A stretch of 43,030 nucleotides of DNA from assembly GCA_045863855.1 (NCBI GenBank), contig BTVV01000047.1:1-43030 (forward strand). The letters run 5' to 3'. This DNA is from Planctomycetota bacterium. Its GTDB lineage: Bacteria; Planctomycetota; SZUA-567; H5-PLA8. Shown piece by piece: positions 8,259 through 18,576 of the stretch (positions are counted from its first letter, which is position 1; each line of letters opens with the position of its first letter). Both the position numbers and the translations under genes were made by a program. The notes under the pieces are model-generated. The model made no database searches. It saw only the letters and a list, made by a program, of their open reading frames with translations, and was not told where the DNA came from.

Positions 8259-10250
8259 CTACTTCACCGCCGGGAACCGTACGGCGAAGCAAGCGCCGCC
8301 GCCGGGCGCTTCGCGGTAGGAAATGCCGGCGCCTTGCGCGTGCACCAGCGCTTGGGTCAGCGCCAGTCCCAGCCCCAGACCGGCCGGCGCGTCGGACCCG
8401 CAGCCGCGAGAGAAGGGCTGGAAGAGCCGTTTGCGCAGCGCCTTATCGATGCCCGGACCGCGATCGGCCACCGCCAACTCCAAGCCGCCGTGCGCGTCCG
8501 GCGTGATCTTGATGCCGATCGAACGGTCGCTCGACGCGCGGCTGTACTTCTCGGCGTTGTCGATCAGATTTTGAAGAATCTGGTGCAGCGCCTCCGGATC
8601 GAAGCGCGCGGTTCGCGTGGTGGCGTTGGTCTGCACCTCCACCTTAGCGCCCAAGTGTTCGAGCGCCGGGCGCATCCGCTCGACGCTGGCCTGCACCGCG
8701 GCCACCAGGTCGCCGGGTTCGGCCGCGACCTCCAGCACTCCGCGCTCGAGGCGCGAAAAGTTCAGCACGTTGCCGACCACGCGCCCGAGGCGCTCGGCTT
8801 CGTCCGCGACGCGGCGCGCGTAGTCGCGCGTCTTGTCCGGATCGCCCAAGCCTTCGGCCAGCATCTCGCCGTACATGCGCATGCCGGCCAGCGGCGTTCG
8901 CAATTCGTGCGCGGCGCTGGCCGCGAATTGCGCGCGCTGCCGCGCCAAGTGCTCGGACTGGCTGACCAGCAGCACCACGCAGCAGCCCGCAAGCACCGCG
9001 ATCAGCGCGCCCGACCAGAAGGTCCACAGGAACTCGGATTCCAGTTCCGACGCGTACTGTTCGCCGGCAGCCAGCGCGGGCGCCGGATCGACCGCGACGT
9101 GCCAGTGCGCGCCGTCGATCGGCAACGGCGCGTGATGCGGCAGCCGGCTGAGTCCCGCTTGCAGCGATGCCGCCATAACGGCCGAACCCCGCGAAGCCAG
9201 ATCGGGCAGCTTCAGCAGCCGGTCCACCTCGGCCTCGGAGAGCAGGATGCCCTGCGTCAGCGCGCCCAGCGGCGTGGTGACTTGGCGCAACGCGACCAGC
9301 CGCGCGCGGGCTTCGATCGGGACCGTCCGCCACACGAAATCGCTTTCGTAAATCACCACCTCTTCCCCGCCCTGCATTGCGGTTTGAGGCTCCGCGTGCG
9401 CCTCCGCCGGATCGCCTTTGCCGCCGGTGCGCTTGTTCTTGCGCGACTGAATATCGATGTAGGTCGAGTTGGAATTCAGAATCTGGACCCAGGCCTCGTT
9501 GTCGAGCTTCTGCTCGTAGCGGTTGCCGTTCCAGGGGTTCGGCTGCTGCATCGCTTGTTGCTGCTCTTGGGACGGCTGCGGCGCAGACGAAGTCGAACTC
9601 GCCGACTGTTGCGGAGCCGCGCTTTCGACTTGAACCTGCTTGACCTGCTCCAATCCTTGCATGTCCTGCTGGCTCTCAGTCTGCTGCGGCGCGACGCTGG
9701 TTTGTCCGGCGGATGGGTAAGGCGCACTCGTCCAAGGCGACCCCGTCGGGTTGCCGTTCAGCGCGACCACGCACGAAACCGCGGCGGGCTCCAGCACGCT
9801 CAGCAATGCGCGCTGGCGCGGCAGATCGACGGCGACGTTGCCTTCGGGCACGACCGGATTCAAAGTGGGCAGCGAGACGCGGTTCTGCGGATCGATCTGG
9901 AAATACGCTTCGATCAGCGGTTCGCTGGGGCCCTGCGCCAGCGGCGAAAGCTGCACCGAAGGCCCTTCGCTCGCCCCCTTGGGATCGTGGTACAGATTGT
10001 TGTAGTAGTAAAAGGGGCGCTTGACTTCGTTCTCGACCAGGGCCTGCAAGCGCGTGGCGATTCGTTCGGCCAGCACCACCGCCTTCTGGCGCGCGAGCCG
10101 GCGCGGCTGTTCCTGCGTCAGGCGCTGGGTCCGTTCGATCAGGTCGTGCCGGCCGGTGATGTACCACGCCGCGATCGGCAGCCCTAAGGCCGCGGCGGTC
10201 AGCAAAGAAGCGACCAGCGTTCGGCTGGGCTGCCAGGTCATGATCGTCAT
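8259..10250 (-). CDS. Sensor histidine kinase (HisKA + HATPase)
   Basis: H-box AAHELRTPL, N-box QNLIDNAEKY, DRGPGI, GLGLGL; two transmembrane segments. ATG 10250 overlaps the response regulator stop (ATGA). Confidence 0.93.
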   Translation of the reverse strand: MTIMTWQPSRTLVASLLTAAALGLPIAAWYITGRHDLIERTQRLTQEQPRRLARQKAVVLAERIATRLQALVENEVKRPFYYYNNLYHDPKGASEGPSVQLSPLAQGPSEPLIEAYFQIDPQNRVSLPTLNPVVPEGNVAVDLPRQRALLSVLEPAAVSCVVALNGNPTGSPWTSAPYPSAGQTSVAPQQTESQQDMQGLEQVKQVQVESAAPQQSASSTSSAPQPSQEQQQAMQQPNPWNGNRYEQKLDNEAWVQILNSNSTYIDIQSRKNKRTGGKGDPAEAHAEPQTAMQGGEEVVIYESDFVWRTVPIEARARLVALRQVTTPLGALTQGILLSEAEVDRLLKLPDLASRGSAVMAASLQAGLSRLPHHAPLPIDGAHWHVAVDPAPALAAGEQYASELESEFLWTFWSGALIAVLAGCCVVLLVSQSEHLARQRAQFAASAAHELRTPLAGMRMYGEMLAEGLGDPDKTRDYARRVADEAERLGRVVGNVLNFSRLERGVLEVAAEPGDLVAAVQASVERMRPALEHLGAKVEVQTNATTRTARFDPEALHQILQNLIDNAEKYSRASSDRSIGIKITPDAHGGLELAVADRGPGIDKALRKRLFQPFSRGCGSDAPAGLGLGLALTQALVHAQGAGISYREAPGGGACFAVRFPAVK

Positions 10251-10933
10251 GCGTCCTTCACGCCCCAGGCGTAGCCGATGCCCTTCACGCTCACGACGAT
10301 GCGCGGCTGCGCCAGATCGCGCTCGATCTTCTGGCGCAGATTCGCGACGGCCATATCCACCGTGCGCGTCTCGAGCGTGCCCGGCACGCACCAGACGTGT
10401 TCCAGCAGTTCGGCGCGGCTGACGGCGCGCGCGCGGTGCCGGTGCAGCCAGCGCAGGATGCCCACTTCCCGAGCCGTCAAAACCGTCGCCTTCCCGTCGC
10501 GCAGCACTTCGCAGCGGCCCAAGTCCAGCATGCAGCCATCCACCTCCAGGCGTTCGGGCTCGGCCTGACCGATCTGGCATCGCCGCGCCAGCGCCTGCAC
10601 CCGCGCAAGCAGTTCCTTCACGCCAAAAGGCTTGGTGACGTAGTCGTCCGCGCCCGAACGGAGCCCGCGGACTTTATCTTCTTCCGCGCCACGCGCCGTC
10701 AGCATGATCACCGGCAGCGCCGGGCGCGCGGTCTTGAGCCGCCGGCAAACTTCCAGCCCGTCGAGCTTCGGAAGCATCAGGTCCAGCAAAACCATATCGA
10801 ACGGTTCGTCCACGCCCAGCTTCGCCGCGGCCGCGCCATCTCCGACGGCCTCGACTTCGTATCCCGACGCGCGGAGCAAATCGACGATGCCGTCGCGCAA
10901 AACCGGTTCGTCCTCCACTACCAAAATGCGCAT
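10247..10933 (-). CDS. OmpR/PhoB family response regulator
   Basis: MRILVVEDE, LLDLMLP, MLTARG, GADDYVTKPF, winged helix TRTVD...VKGIGY; GGGAG RBS. Confidence 0.95.
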   Translation of the reverse strand: MRILVVEDEPVLRDGIVDLLRASGYEVEAVGDGAAAAKLGVDEPFDMVLLDLMLPKLDGLEVCRRLKTARPALPVIMLTARGAEEDKVRGLRSGADDYVTKPFGVKELLARVQALARRCQIGQAEPERLEVDGCMLDLGRCEVLRDGKATVLTAREVGILRWLHRHRARAVSRAELLEHVWCVPGTLETRTVDMAVANLRQKIERDLAQPRIVVSVKGIGYAWGVKDA

Positions 10934-11147
10934 CGTCGCACTCCCGATCGTAGCTGGCATTATAACGCCTCCTCGAAGCTCCCCAAGCAATCCCGTGGCG
11001 CCTATATAAGGGAACGTCCTCCCGTAACGGTGTAACGGCTTCGTAAATAGATTTAACCTGCTTCAAATCAATGGGTTACAAATACGGCTCACGCATTGAG
11101 AACTAAGGCTAGAATAGCGGCATCCAGGACTCGTTGGAGCCTAAGCC

Positions 11148-11387
11148 ATGCCCATGCGCCTGTCGCCCGAACGCCGCGCCGGACTGATCGTGAACCTGAA
11201 GCGCGAATTTCAGAGCAACTTCGAAGAAGAATTGAGCACCTACCGCGCGGAACGGCTGCTGGAGTTTTTTCTGAAGCACCTCGGACCGCCGGTTTACAAC
11301 CAAGGCGTCCAGGACGCACGCAAATTCATGTTCGACAAGCTTGACGACCTCGCCGGGGAGATCCAAGAGCCCGAGGGTTGGACTTAG
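11148..11387 (+). CDS. DUF2164-like small protein
   Basis: 79 aa with AERLLEFFLKHLGPPVYNQGVQDA, the pattern I recognise for DUF2164; GGAG RBS. Confidence 0.8.
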   Translation: MPMRLSPERRAGLIVNLKREFQSNFEEELSTYRAERLLEFFLKHLGPPVYNQGVQDARKFMFDKLDDLAGEIQEPEGWT

Positions 11388-11394
11388 GCCATCG

Positions 11395-12576
11395 CTACAA
11401 GCGGCCTTTAAAGGCCCCTGCGTAGCCGACCAGTTCGACGTAGCCGCGGCCGGTGGCGGGTTGGTCCAGAACGCGGCCCTCGAAACTGCATAGCCCTTCC
11501 CAATAGTTCACGTTGGTAGAACCTTCGGTGCGCAGTTCCTGATCGTCGAGCAGCGGCGTCACGGAGAGTACCAGGCGCTCCTGGGGAATCGTTAAGGTCC
11601 AACCGGCGGGATACTTCGCGCCGGTGTGGGGACTGGTCCAGTGCTTACGGACCTCGAGCGTTGCGGCTTCGCGGGATAGATGCACGCGCCGGCCATCGGC
11701 GAAGCGCAGTGTCCCGCTGCTAGCCGGGTCCGCCGAGCCGTCCGAGCGGCGCAGCCGGTAGAGCATCAGATCGGTGCCTTCGTCAAGCGGCACGCTGAAC
11801 CAGTCCCAGCCGATCTGATCGGCGGAGAGCTGGTTGCTGCCGAACTCCTGGTCGTACCAAACCGTGCCGCGCACGGCGCGCGGCGTTTCGCCGGGCGTGG
11901 CTTGCAGCGTGCCGCTCGCTTCCATGCGTGTGAGCGACACGTAGTAGGACGCTTGACCGGGCTCGGAACCTTTGATGCTCAAGCCCGGTGTCGAACCGTG
12001 CAGCAGCGGCGGGCGACGCGGCCGCAGCTTCAACTCCACACGCCGGCCTTGCACGGTGATGTTCAGCGACCACGTTCCGTCCGCTTCGCTGCGCAAAACG
12101 TGTTCGAAAAGCCAGACGTTCAGGCTATCGGTATTGGACCCGGCCCAGGTGCTGGCGGCGCGGGAGGTCGCGTGCTCATGGGCAAAGCGCTTGCCGTTTA
12201 CGTCGGTCAACGCGCCGTGGAAGAGAATCGCGTCGCGTGCCGCCAGCGTGCTCGCGCGCATTCTCGCGGTCCGGCTCAGGCCGCGGCGGAACCACGTCGC
12301 TTGAAATCCGAAGACCGCTCCGCGCTCGTCCTCCAAGGAACCGGTCAGATACCACCATTCGGTCTGGTACTCGGGGTGGCTGCCGTAGTCGCGAGGAAAC
12401 TCGAACGCACGGGGCTCGACGGCGCGAAGGAATTCCGTGACTTCCGCCGCGCCAAGCTCCAATGACAGCACGCAAGCGAAATGCGCACAGATCCACCAAG
12501 GAAGCGCGCAAAATAATGACGCGCATCCGACGCGCCTGAGCCCATTCTGGACTTTTGCATTCATGCCCTTGCCCAT
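11395..12576 (-). CDS. AttH/CrtC-like lipocalin-fold secreted hydrolase/hydratase
   Basis: FPRDYGSHPEYQTEWWYLTG, GWDWFS, YWEG, GYVELVGY; exact start uncertain. Confidence 0.88.
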   Translation of the reverse strand: MGKGMNAKVQNGLRRVGCASLFCALPWWICAHFACVLSLELGAAEVTEFLRAVEPRAFEFPRDYGSHPEYQTEWWYLTGSLEDERGAVFGFQATWFRRGLSRTARMRASTLAARDAILFHGALTDVNGKRFAHEHATSRAASTWAGSNTDSLNVWLFEHVLRSEADGTWSLNITVQGRRVELKLRPRRPPLLHGSTPGLSIKGSEPGQASYYVSLTRMEASGTLQATPGETPRAVRGTVWYDQEFGSNQLSADQIGWDWFSVPLDEGTDLMLYRLRRSDGSADPASSGTLRFADGRRVHLSREAATLEVRKHWTSPHTGAKYPAGWTLTIPQERLVLSVTPLLDDQELRTEGSTNVNYWEGLCSFEGRVLDQPATGRGYVELVGYAGAFKGRL

Positions 12577-12620
12577 CCATTACCGTTCACCGTTTACTCC
12601 TTACTGTTCACCCGCCTCAC

Positions 12621-15188
12621 CTACTCTTCTCTCAACGCCGCGGCGATCGACTGTCGCTTCGAAAGCGCCAGAGGGACCACCGTCGCAAGCAATCCGGCCA
12701 ACAGCGCGCAGCCCATGGTCGTCAGTACGGGAGACCATGGCCACCGGTAGCCGATGGTCCAGCCGAAGCTGCGCAGGTTCACCACATCGATCAGAATCCA
12801 GGCGAGCAGCGCCCCGAGCGGCAAGGCCAGCAGCACCGGAAAGAGCGCCATCAGGAGCGACTCGGCCGCGAACAAGCGCCCTATTTGCGTAAGCGGCGCG
12901 CCTACCGCACGCAACGTCGCGAGTTCGCGTGCGCGTTCCAAGAACAAGCCGACGAGCGTCACCGCGATGCCGGCCAGCGCCATCACGGTGGCGATGGCTT
13001 GCAGCAGATACGTCACCGCGAAGGTCCGGTCGAATACATCGAGGATCCGGTCGCGCAAATCGGCGTTGCTGCGCACTTGGACTAAATGGCGGCCGGCGAA
13101 GCTCGCGCGCAGCGCATCGGCGACCGCGGCTGGGTCGGCTCCGCGATCCAGATACAGCGCGGCGTTGCGCACACCCGACTCGCCCAGCGCATCCAGAAAG
13201 CGCGCGGCGCCGGTCAGCGCGTACCCGCGATCCCAGGAGTAATCGCGCACGATCGCCGCGATCCGAAACGATTCCTCGCCGTTCCGCCCGTTCACGCGCA
13301 GCGCGTCGCCAACCTTCAGGCTATGGTGATGGGCCAGCGGCTCGCTGATCAGCACTCCGCCCGCCAGCGCGAGATCGGCCGCCGTATCCAAGTCGGGCCC
13401 GTCCAGAATCTCGAAGCGCAACCTGCTTTCGGGAATCGGCAGGTCGGCGCCCAAGAACAGGAAAGACGTATCCGCGTAAGGCACCTCTTTGACCCGCAGC
13501 GTATCCACCGCTCGCACGCCGGGCGTCGTGCGCGCAAGCTCGATCGCTTCGTTCGGCACTCGCGCATGTTCGGGATCGATCTTCTCGTGCGGATCGCCGA
13601 GGTACAGGTCGGCGCGGATGGCGGCGCCGATCCACTGCCGGACTTCCTGCTCGAAACTCCCCACCATCACGATTACGCCGACGGTCATCGCCAGCGCCAC
13701 GCCCAAGGCCGCCGCCGCGCCGCCGGTGCGCGAAAGCGAGCGCAAGACCGCACCCGAAGCCAGAGGCAAAGTGAGCGCGCCCATACGCTCGGCGGATTTT
13801 TGTACCAGCGGCAGGCCCACCGCCATGGCTAGCGGGAGCAGCGATGCGCCGGCGCCCACGAACGCAAAGGCCGCGAGCAACGCCGGCCACCATGCTTTTG
13901 TCGGAAACGCCAGCGCCGCAGTGCCCACCGCAGCTTCGGCGAACGAGAGCATCAGGAGCCGCGGCGCCTGCGCTCTAAAGGTGAGTTCGCCGTGGCTGCG
14001 CAGGCCCACCATCCGCGGCGGCGTGCGCGCGGCATCCAGCGCCGGGAGGTAGCCTGCCGCCGCGGCGAGCACGCCCGCGCCCAGCACCGCGCCGACGGCC
14101 GTCCACGCGTCCAGCGGTGCAACCTCCACGCGCACGAATCCGTACAGGTTCGTGATCGTCTCGGCCACCGAACCGACCAGACTTTGCGCGAGCACCGTGC
14201 CCAGCGCCACGCCGAGCGTGCCTCCCACAAGCCCCAGCAGGACGGTCTCGAGCAATACCGCCGCCAAGAGTTGGCGGCGCGCCGCACCCAAGCAGCGCAA
14301 TTGGCCGAGGAGCCCCAAGCGCCGGACCACATTGAACTGCGCGGCGTTGTAGACCAAGAGGGCGCCGACCACGAGCGCCAGAGCGCCCAGCGCGAGGAGG
14401 TTCAGTTGGAAGGCTTCGACCATTTTTCCCACGCGCGCGCCGCGTTCGGCGGGCAGGACCAGCCGTTCGCCCGGCGCCAGCGCGGCTTCGACCTCCGCTT
14501 CCGCGCCGGAGTCGATGCGGAGATCGAGCCGCGAAAGCACGCCGATGCGCGCGAAGATTTCCTGCGCCGACGCCACATCGACGAGCGCCGTATCGCGGGC
14601 GGCTTCGCCCAAGGCATCCAGTTCGAAGGTCGCCAGCACGCTTAGTTCCACCGCACGCCCGCTCACTTCGGCGACCAGCGTGTCGCCGGGCTTCGCTCCG
14701 GCGGCCTCGGCCCAAGGACCGGGCAGCACCGTTGCCCCGGGCTCGGTAAGAAACGAAATAAAGTCCGCGCCCTTCACCAGCGGTTCATCAGGGCGCTCGT
14801 TCAAGAACGGTGCGGCAAAGAGCGGATCGAGGCCCAGGATGCGCAGGGGCGGCAGGTTTGCGCGAACTTCGGCGCCGTCCCGACGCAGCGACCGGATCGA
14901 GACGCGCCCCTCGACGACCGGCTGCACGCATTCCACGCCGGGGAGCGCCCGGAACGCCGGCAGCCGCGCTTCGTCCACCCCGCCCTCGCGCACCACCTGA
15001 TGCGTAGCCCGGCCCGCCACGGCTTCCACGGCGCTGACGAAACTGCCGCGCGCCGCGCTGCCGGCGAGGTGAATCGCGACGAAGACGCCTACTCCCGCGG
15101 CCATCGCCGCCACGGTGGTCGCCACCGACCCTGGCCGCCGGCGCAAGTCGCCGAGCAGCACCCCCAGCAGCGTGCGTGTCGCGTTCAC
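12621..15188 (-). CDS. FtsX/MacB-like ABC transporter permease (two-repeat, AttF/G-like)
   Basis: 855 aa with two sets of transmembrane segments and LRCLGA / LRAVGA motifs; overlaps the ATPase stop codon. Confidence 0.9.
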   Translation of the reverse strand: MNATRTLLGVLLGDLRRRPGSVATTVAAMAAGVGVFVAIHLAGSAARGSFVSAVEAVAGRATHQVVREGGVDEARLPAFRALPGVECVQPVVEGRVSIRSLRRDGAEVRANLPPLRILGLDPLFAAPFLNERPDEPLVKGADFISFLTEPGATVLPGPWAEAAGAKPGDTLVAEVSGRAVELSVLATFELDALGEAARDTALVDVASAQEIFARIGVLSRLDLRIDSGAEAEVEAALAPGERLVLPAERGARVGKMVEAFQLNLLALGALALVVGALLVYNAAQFNVVRRLGLLGQLRCLGAARRQLLAAVLLETVLLGLVGGTLGVALGTVLAQSLVGSVAETITNLYGFVRVEVAPLDAWTAVGAVLGAGVLAAAAGYLPALDAARTPPRMVGLRSHGELTFRAQAPRLLMLSFAEAAVGTAALAFPTKAWWPALLAAFAFVGAGASLLPLAMAVGLPLVQKSAERMGALTLPLASGAVLRSLSRTGGAAAALGVALAMTVGVIVMVGSFEQEVRQWIGAAIRADLYLGDPHEKIDPEHARVPNEAIELARTTPGVRAVDTLRVKEVPYADTSFLFLGADLPIPESRLRFEILDGPDLDTAADLALAGGVLISEPLAHHHSLKVGDALRVNGRNGEESFRIAAIVRDYSWDRGYALTGAARFLDALGESGVRNAALYLDRGADPAAVADALRASFAGRHLVQVRSNADLRDRILDVFDRTFAVTYLLQAIATVMALAGIAVTLVGLFLERARELATLRAVGAPLTQIGRLFAAESLLMALFPVLLALPLGALLAWILIDVVNLRSFGWTIGYRWPWSPVLTTMGCALLAGLLATVVPLALSKRQSIAAALREE

Positions 15189-15913
15189 GCGCCTCCTTGG
15201 GGCGCCGCCGGCACGAGTTCGTCCGCCGCCAGCTTGCCGTCCACAATGCGAATCATGCGGTCGCAGACCGCGACGACGTTCTCCCCGTGCGTGGCCATCA
15301 ACAAGGTGACGCCGGCTTCGCGGACGACTTCGCGCAACAGGCGCAAAACTTCCTCGCCGGTGGCTTGATCGAGCGCCCCCGTGGGCTCGTCGGCGAGGAC
15401 GATGCGCGGGCGGTTCACCAGCGCGCGGGCGATGGCGACGCGCTGCTGCTGCCCGCCGCTGAGCGCATCGGGGTAAGCCGCGAGTTTGGAGGCCAAGCCG
15501 ACCCGTGCGAGCAGTTCGGCCGCACGCGCCTGCGCATCGCCCGCCGCAAGGCCCGCTAACCGCGCGGGCAACGCGACGTTCTCGAGGACCGGGAGCGTGG
15601 GAATCAGATTGAAGAACTGGAAGACGAATCCCAGCGTCTCGCGGCGATAGCGCGCGGCGGCGGCATCGTCGAGACCCGCCAGATCGCGCCCGGCCACCTC
15701 GACCCGTCCGGCGGTAGGCGTGTCCATCGCTCCGACCAGATGCAGCAGCGTGCTTTTCCCGCTCCCGCTGGGCCCCACCACCGCCAGCACCTGGCCGGCC
15801 GGAATTTCCAGGTCCAGTCCCGCGAGGGCCACGGTTCGTGCGCCGCCCGAACCGAAGACGCGTTCGGTGCCGCGCAAGCGGATCAAGACCGGCGCATCGG
15901 ACCCCATGCGCAT
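15185..15913 (-). CDS. ABC transporter ATP-binding protein (LolD/MacB-type)
   Basis: Walker [17 protein letters not shown] signature, LADEPTG. Confidence 0.95.
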   Translation of the reverse strand: MRMGSDAPVLIRLRGTERVFGSGGARTVALAGLDLEIPAGQVLAVVGPSGSGKSTLLHLVGAMDTPTAGRVEVAGRDLAGLDDAAAARYRRETLGFVFQFFNLIPTLPVLENVALPARLAGLAAGDAQARAAELLARVGLASKLAAYPDALSGGQQQRVAIARALVNRPRIVLADEPTGALDQATGEEVLRLLREVVREAGVTLLMATHGENVVAVCDRMIRIVDGKLAADELVPAAPQGGA

Positions 15914-15958
15914 CTCCTTTATGGGCCGGCGGGCGGCCGCCGATCCGCCCTTTCTTCG

Positions 15959-16003
15959 TTGACTTCAGTCATACCATGCATTAATTTCTGTTCAAACAGA
16001 AAT
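15959..16003 (+). promoter_or_regulatory. Sigma70-like promoter overlapped by an operator palindrome, probably autoregulatory
   Basis: TTGACT (15959), 17 bp spacer, TAATTT (15982). Perfect inverted repeat ATTTCTGTT-CA-AACAGAAAT at 15984-16003, immediately before the AGGAG RBS. Confidence 0.75.
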
Positions 16004-16016
16004 AGGAGAAGAAACC

Positions 16017-16547
16017 ATGAAGCTTTCGCCCATCCAGGAAAAGTTCATCCTCCACTGGGGCGAGATGGGCACGCGCTGGGGGATCAACCGGACCGTCGCG
16101 CAGATCCACGCCCTGCTCTACGTCAGCCCCCAGGCGCTGCACGCCGAAGAGATCGCCAAGACGCTTTCCGTCGCGCGCAGCAACGTGAGCACCAGCCTGC
16201 GCGAACTGCAAGGCTGGGGCATCGCCAAAATCGTCCATGTCCTCGGCGACCGCCGCGACCATTTCGAATCGATGACCGACGTCTGGGAAATGTTCCGCGT
16301 GGTCTTCGAAGAACGCAAGCGCCGCGAGATCGATCCGACACTCCAAGTGCTGCGCGAATGCCTCGTCCAGTCCGAGAAGTCCGGCAAGGAGGAGGCGCTC
16401 ACCCGGCAGCGCATAAGCAACATGCTCGAATTTCTCGAAACGATGGACGCCGGATTCGAACAGGTGCGCCGAATGCCGACCGAGTCGCTGGCCAAGTTCA
16501 TGAAGACGCTGGGCAAAATCCTGAAGACGCTGGGGCTGATGAGCTGA
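16017..16547 (+). CDS. GbsR/MarR family transcriptional regulator
   Basis: FILHWGEMGTRWGINRTVAQIHALLY...ARSNVSTSLRELQGWG...GDRRDHF. Confidence 0.9.
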   Translation: MKLSPIQEKFILHWGEMGTRWGINRTVAQIHALLYVSPQALHAEEIAKTLSVARSNVSTSLRELQGWGIAKIVHVLGDRRDHFESMTDVWEMFRVVFEERKRREIDPTLQVLRECLVQSEKSGKEEALTRQRISNMLEFLETMDAGFEQVRRMPTESLAKFMKTLGKILKTLGLMS

Positions 16548-16580
16548 GTCGAAGGAGCGGCAATTCGCGAAGGAGCACCC

Positions 16581-17447
16581 ATGAGCTTCCAACCGCCCCC
16601 CGACGTCTTGAGCCAGGCCGCACACGCGCGGTTGCTGGAAACCGAAGGCGCGCCGCTCCTGCTTGCCAACTGGTCGCGCACGCTGATGCTCCATTTCGAG
16701 GCCGATGCCGATGCGCTCCAACGTGCGGTGCCCTTCGAACTCGACCGCCACCACGGCGTCGCCTACGTCTCCCTGGTCGCGTTCACGCAGGAACGCCTCC
16801 GCCCACGGCGCGGCGGGCGCTTCACCGAGTGGCTCAGCCGGCCCGTCGCCACGCACGGCTTCCTGAATCTGCGTACGTACGTGAAGCACGGCAGCGAGCG
16901 CGGCATCTTTTTCCTCGGCGAATGGATTCCCAACCGCCTCGCGCAATGGCTGGGGCTGCGGCTGTTCGGACTGCCCTATCGCCTGGGTTCGGTGGTTTAC
17001 CGGCACGCGCACGAATCCGGCACGCTGGCGGGAGAAGTCCGGCCCGCCGACGTGCCCGGCAAACTGCGCTACGCCGCGCGCATCGATCCGACTTGGGAGT
17101 TCGATCCGCCGCCGCCGGGGTCGCGCTCGCACTTCCTGATGGAACGCTATTCCGCGTTCTGCGCGCGGAAAAACTGGCGCGGGCGCTTTCGGATCTGGCA
17201 TACGCCATGGCCCCAGGCGCACGTGGCCGTGAAGTTCGATTCGCTCGACTTCCTGCAAGGGCTGGGCCCGTGGGCGTGCGAGCTGCGCTACGCCGGTGCG
17301 AATTACTCGCCGGGCGTACGAGATGTCTGGATCGGCCGGCCGGCGCGGTTGGAAGCGCCCGTGCCGCGCGCGGCGCCGGCCGCCGCTCGTCCTTCCGCGG
17401 CTCGCTTGCGTCCGGCGGTCGAACTGCCGCAATCGAAACCGGGATAG
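16581..17447 (+). CDS. DUF2071/YqjF family protein
   Basis: W..TLMLHF, AYVSLVAF, LNLRTYV, RGIFF, FLMERY, HTPWP. Confidence 0.82.
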   Translation: MSFQPPPDVLSQAAHARLLETEGAPLLLANWSRTLMLHFEADADALQRAVPFELDRHHGVAYVSLVAFTQERLRPRRGGRFTEWLSRPVATHGFLNLRTYVKHGSERGIFFLGEWIPNRLAQWLGLRLFGLPYRLGSVVYRHAHESGTLAGEVRPADVPGKLRYAARIDPTWEFDPPPPGSRSHFLMERYSAFCARKNWRGRFRIWHTPWPQAHVAVKFDSLDFLQGLGPWACELRYAGANYSPGVRDVWIGRPARLEAPVPRAAPAAARPSAARLRPAVELPQSKPG

Positions 17448-17452
17448 TCCGG

Positions 17453-18469
17453 CTACTCGCGCACGCCCCACGTTCGCAGCGCCTGCTGCAACGGCGGCGC
17501 CGCGCCGGAGCCCGAGTTTTCGAAACCGGCGCCCGCCGCACCGCCGTCGAGCACCACCCCCGCCTTGAGGCCCGGACCCAGGGCCAGCCCGCGCAGCTTG
17601 AGTTCCTCGGCCTTGTCTTCGACGCGCACGGCCATGTCCGAATCGTACAGCGCGCAGCCCAGCACGCTCACTTTTGCGCCGCCGTTTTTCCCCGGTCCGC
17701 GCAGGCGCAGGCCGATTTCGTTGTCGTACAACACGCAGCCTTCCACGCGCGCATCCAGGTGCTCTTTCAAATTAAAGGCGGCCATGTTCGAGATCGAACC
17801 GCCGCGCCACCCGAAGGCCACGCAATTGCGTATGACCAACTCGGCGCGCGGACCCTTCTTCGGGTGCTTCGTATCGATGGCGTTCTCGCCGGGACGCTCG
17901 CCGCGTTTGAAGCCGCCGAGGTCGGCCTCCAGCGGACCGGTCCAGATCCGGCACTGTTCGACGCGCACCGGTCCCCAGTGTTCGCGCGACGGATCGAACT
18001 GGATGCCGTCGCCGGAGACGTGGTGAATGTCGCAATCGCGGATCGTCAGGGTGCCGGGGCAGCCGGAAATGCCGTGCGCATCCTTCTGATCCTTGAAGCT
18101 TCCGGCCAGCATATGGTGAATCAGGCAGCGTTCGATCACCACGTTCTTGGCGTATACCGAAATGCCGTTCACCGTCCCGTTGCGAATCGTGCAATGCCGT
18201 AGCGTCACGCCGTCGCATTTGATGCGGACCAGATGCCCGGTCTTAAAGCCGCCGTCGATCAAATAGTTTTCGTAAATGCCGGGCTTATCGATGACCAGTT
18301 CGCTCACCGTCTTTGGTTGAGCGCCGGCGCCCACGAATCCGCGCGGACCCGGGGGCGGCGCCAGCGGACGCGGTTCGGGCACGCCGGGTTGTTCCGCGAA
18401 GAGGCTGGCGCAAGCCATCGCCAGCAGCAGGCCTATCCGGCATCGAACGATCCATCCACACGTGAGCAT
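17453..18469 (-). CDS. Secreted right-handed parallel beta-helix (pectate-lyase-like) protein
   Basis: Signal-peptide-like N-terminus; repeated units VTLRHCTIRN, VVIERCLIHH, TIRDCDIHHVSGDGIQ, GENAIDTK. Confidence 0.75.
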   Translation of the reverse strand: MLTCGWIVRCRIGLLLAMACASLFAEQPGVPEPRPLAPPPGPRGFVGAGAQPKTVSELVIDKPGIYENYLIDGGFKTGHLVRIKCDGVTLRHCTIRNGTVNGISVYAKNVVIERCLIHHMLAGSFKDQKDAHGISGCPGTLTIRDCDIHHVSGDGIQFDPSREHWGPVRVEQCRIWTGPLEADLGGFKRGERPGENAIDTKHPKKGPRAELVIRNCVAFGWRGGSISNMAAFNLKEHLDARVEGCVLYDNEIGLRLRGPGKNGGAKVSVLGCALYDSDMAVRVEDKAEELKLRGLALGPGLKAGVVLDGGAAGAGFENSGSGAAPPLQQALRTWGVRE

Positions 18470-18576
18470 GCTTTCTTTATATAACGAGCCTCCCCAAACT
18501 GCATCTATCTGCCGCGACCGCGGCGTCGCTCTATGGTACTATGCGGGCGTCCTCTCAACGCAACAGGAGTACCTCC

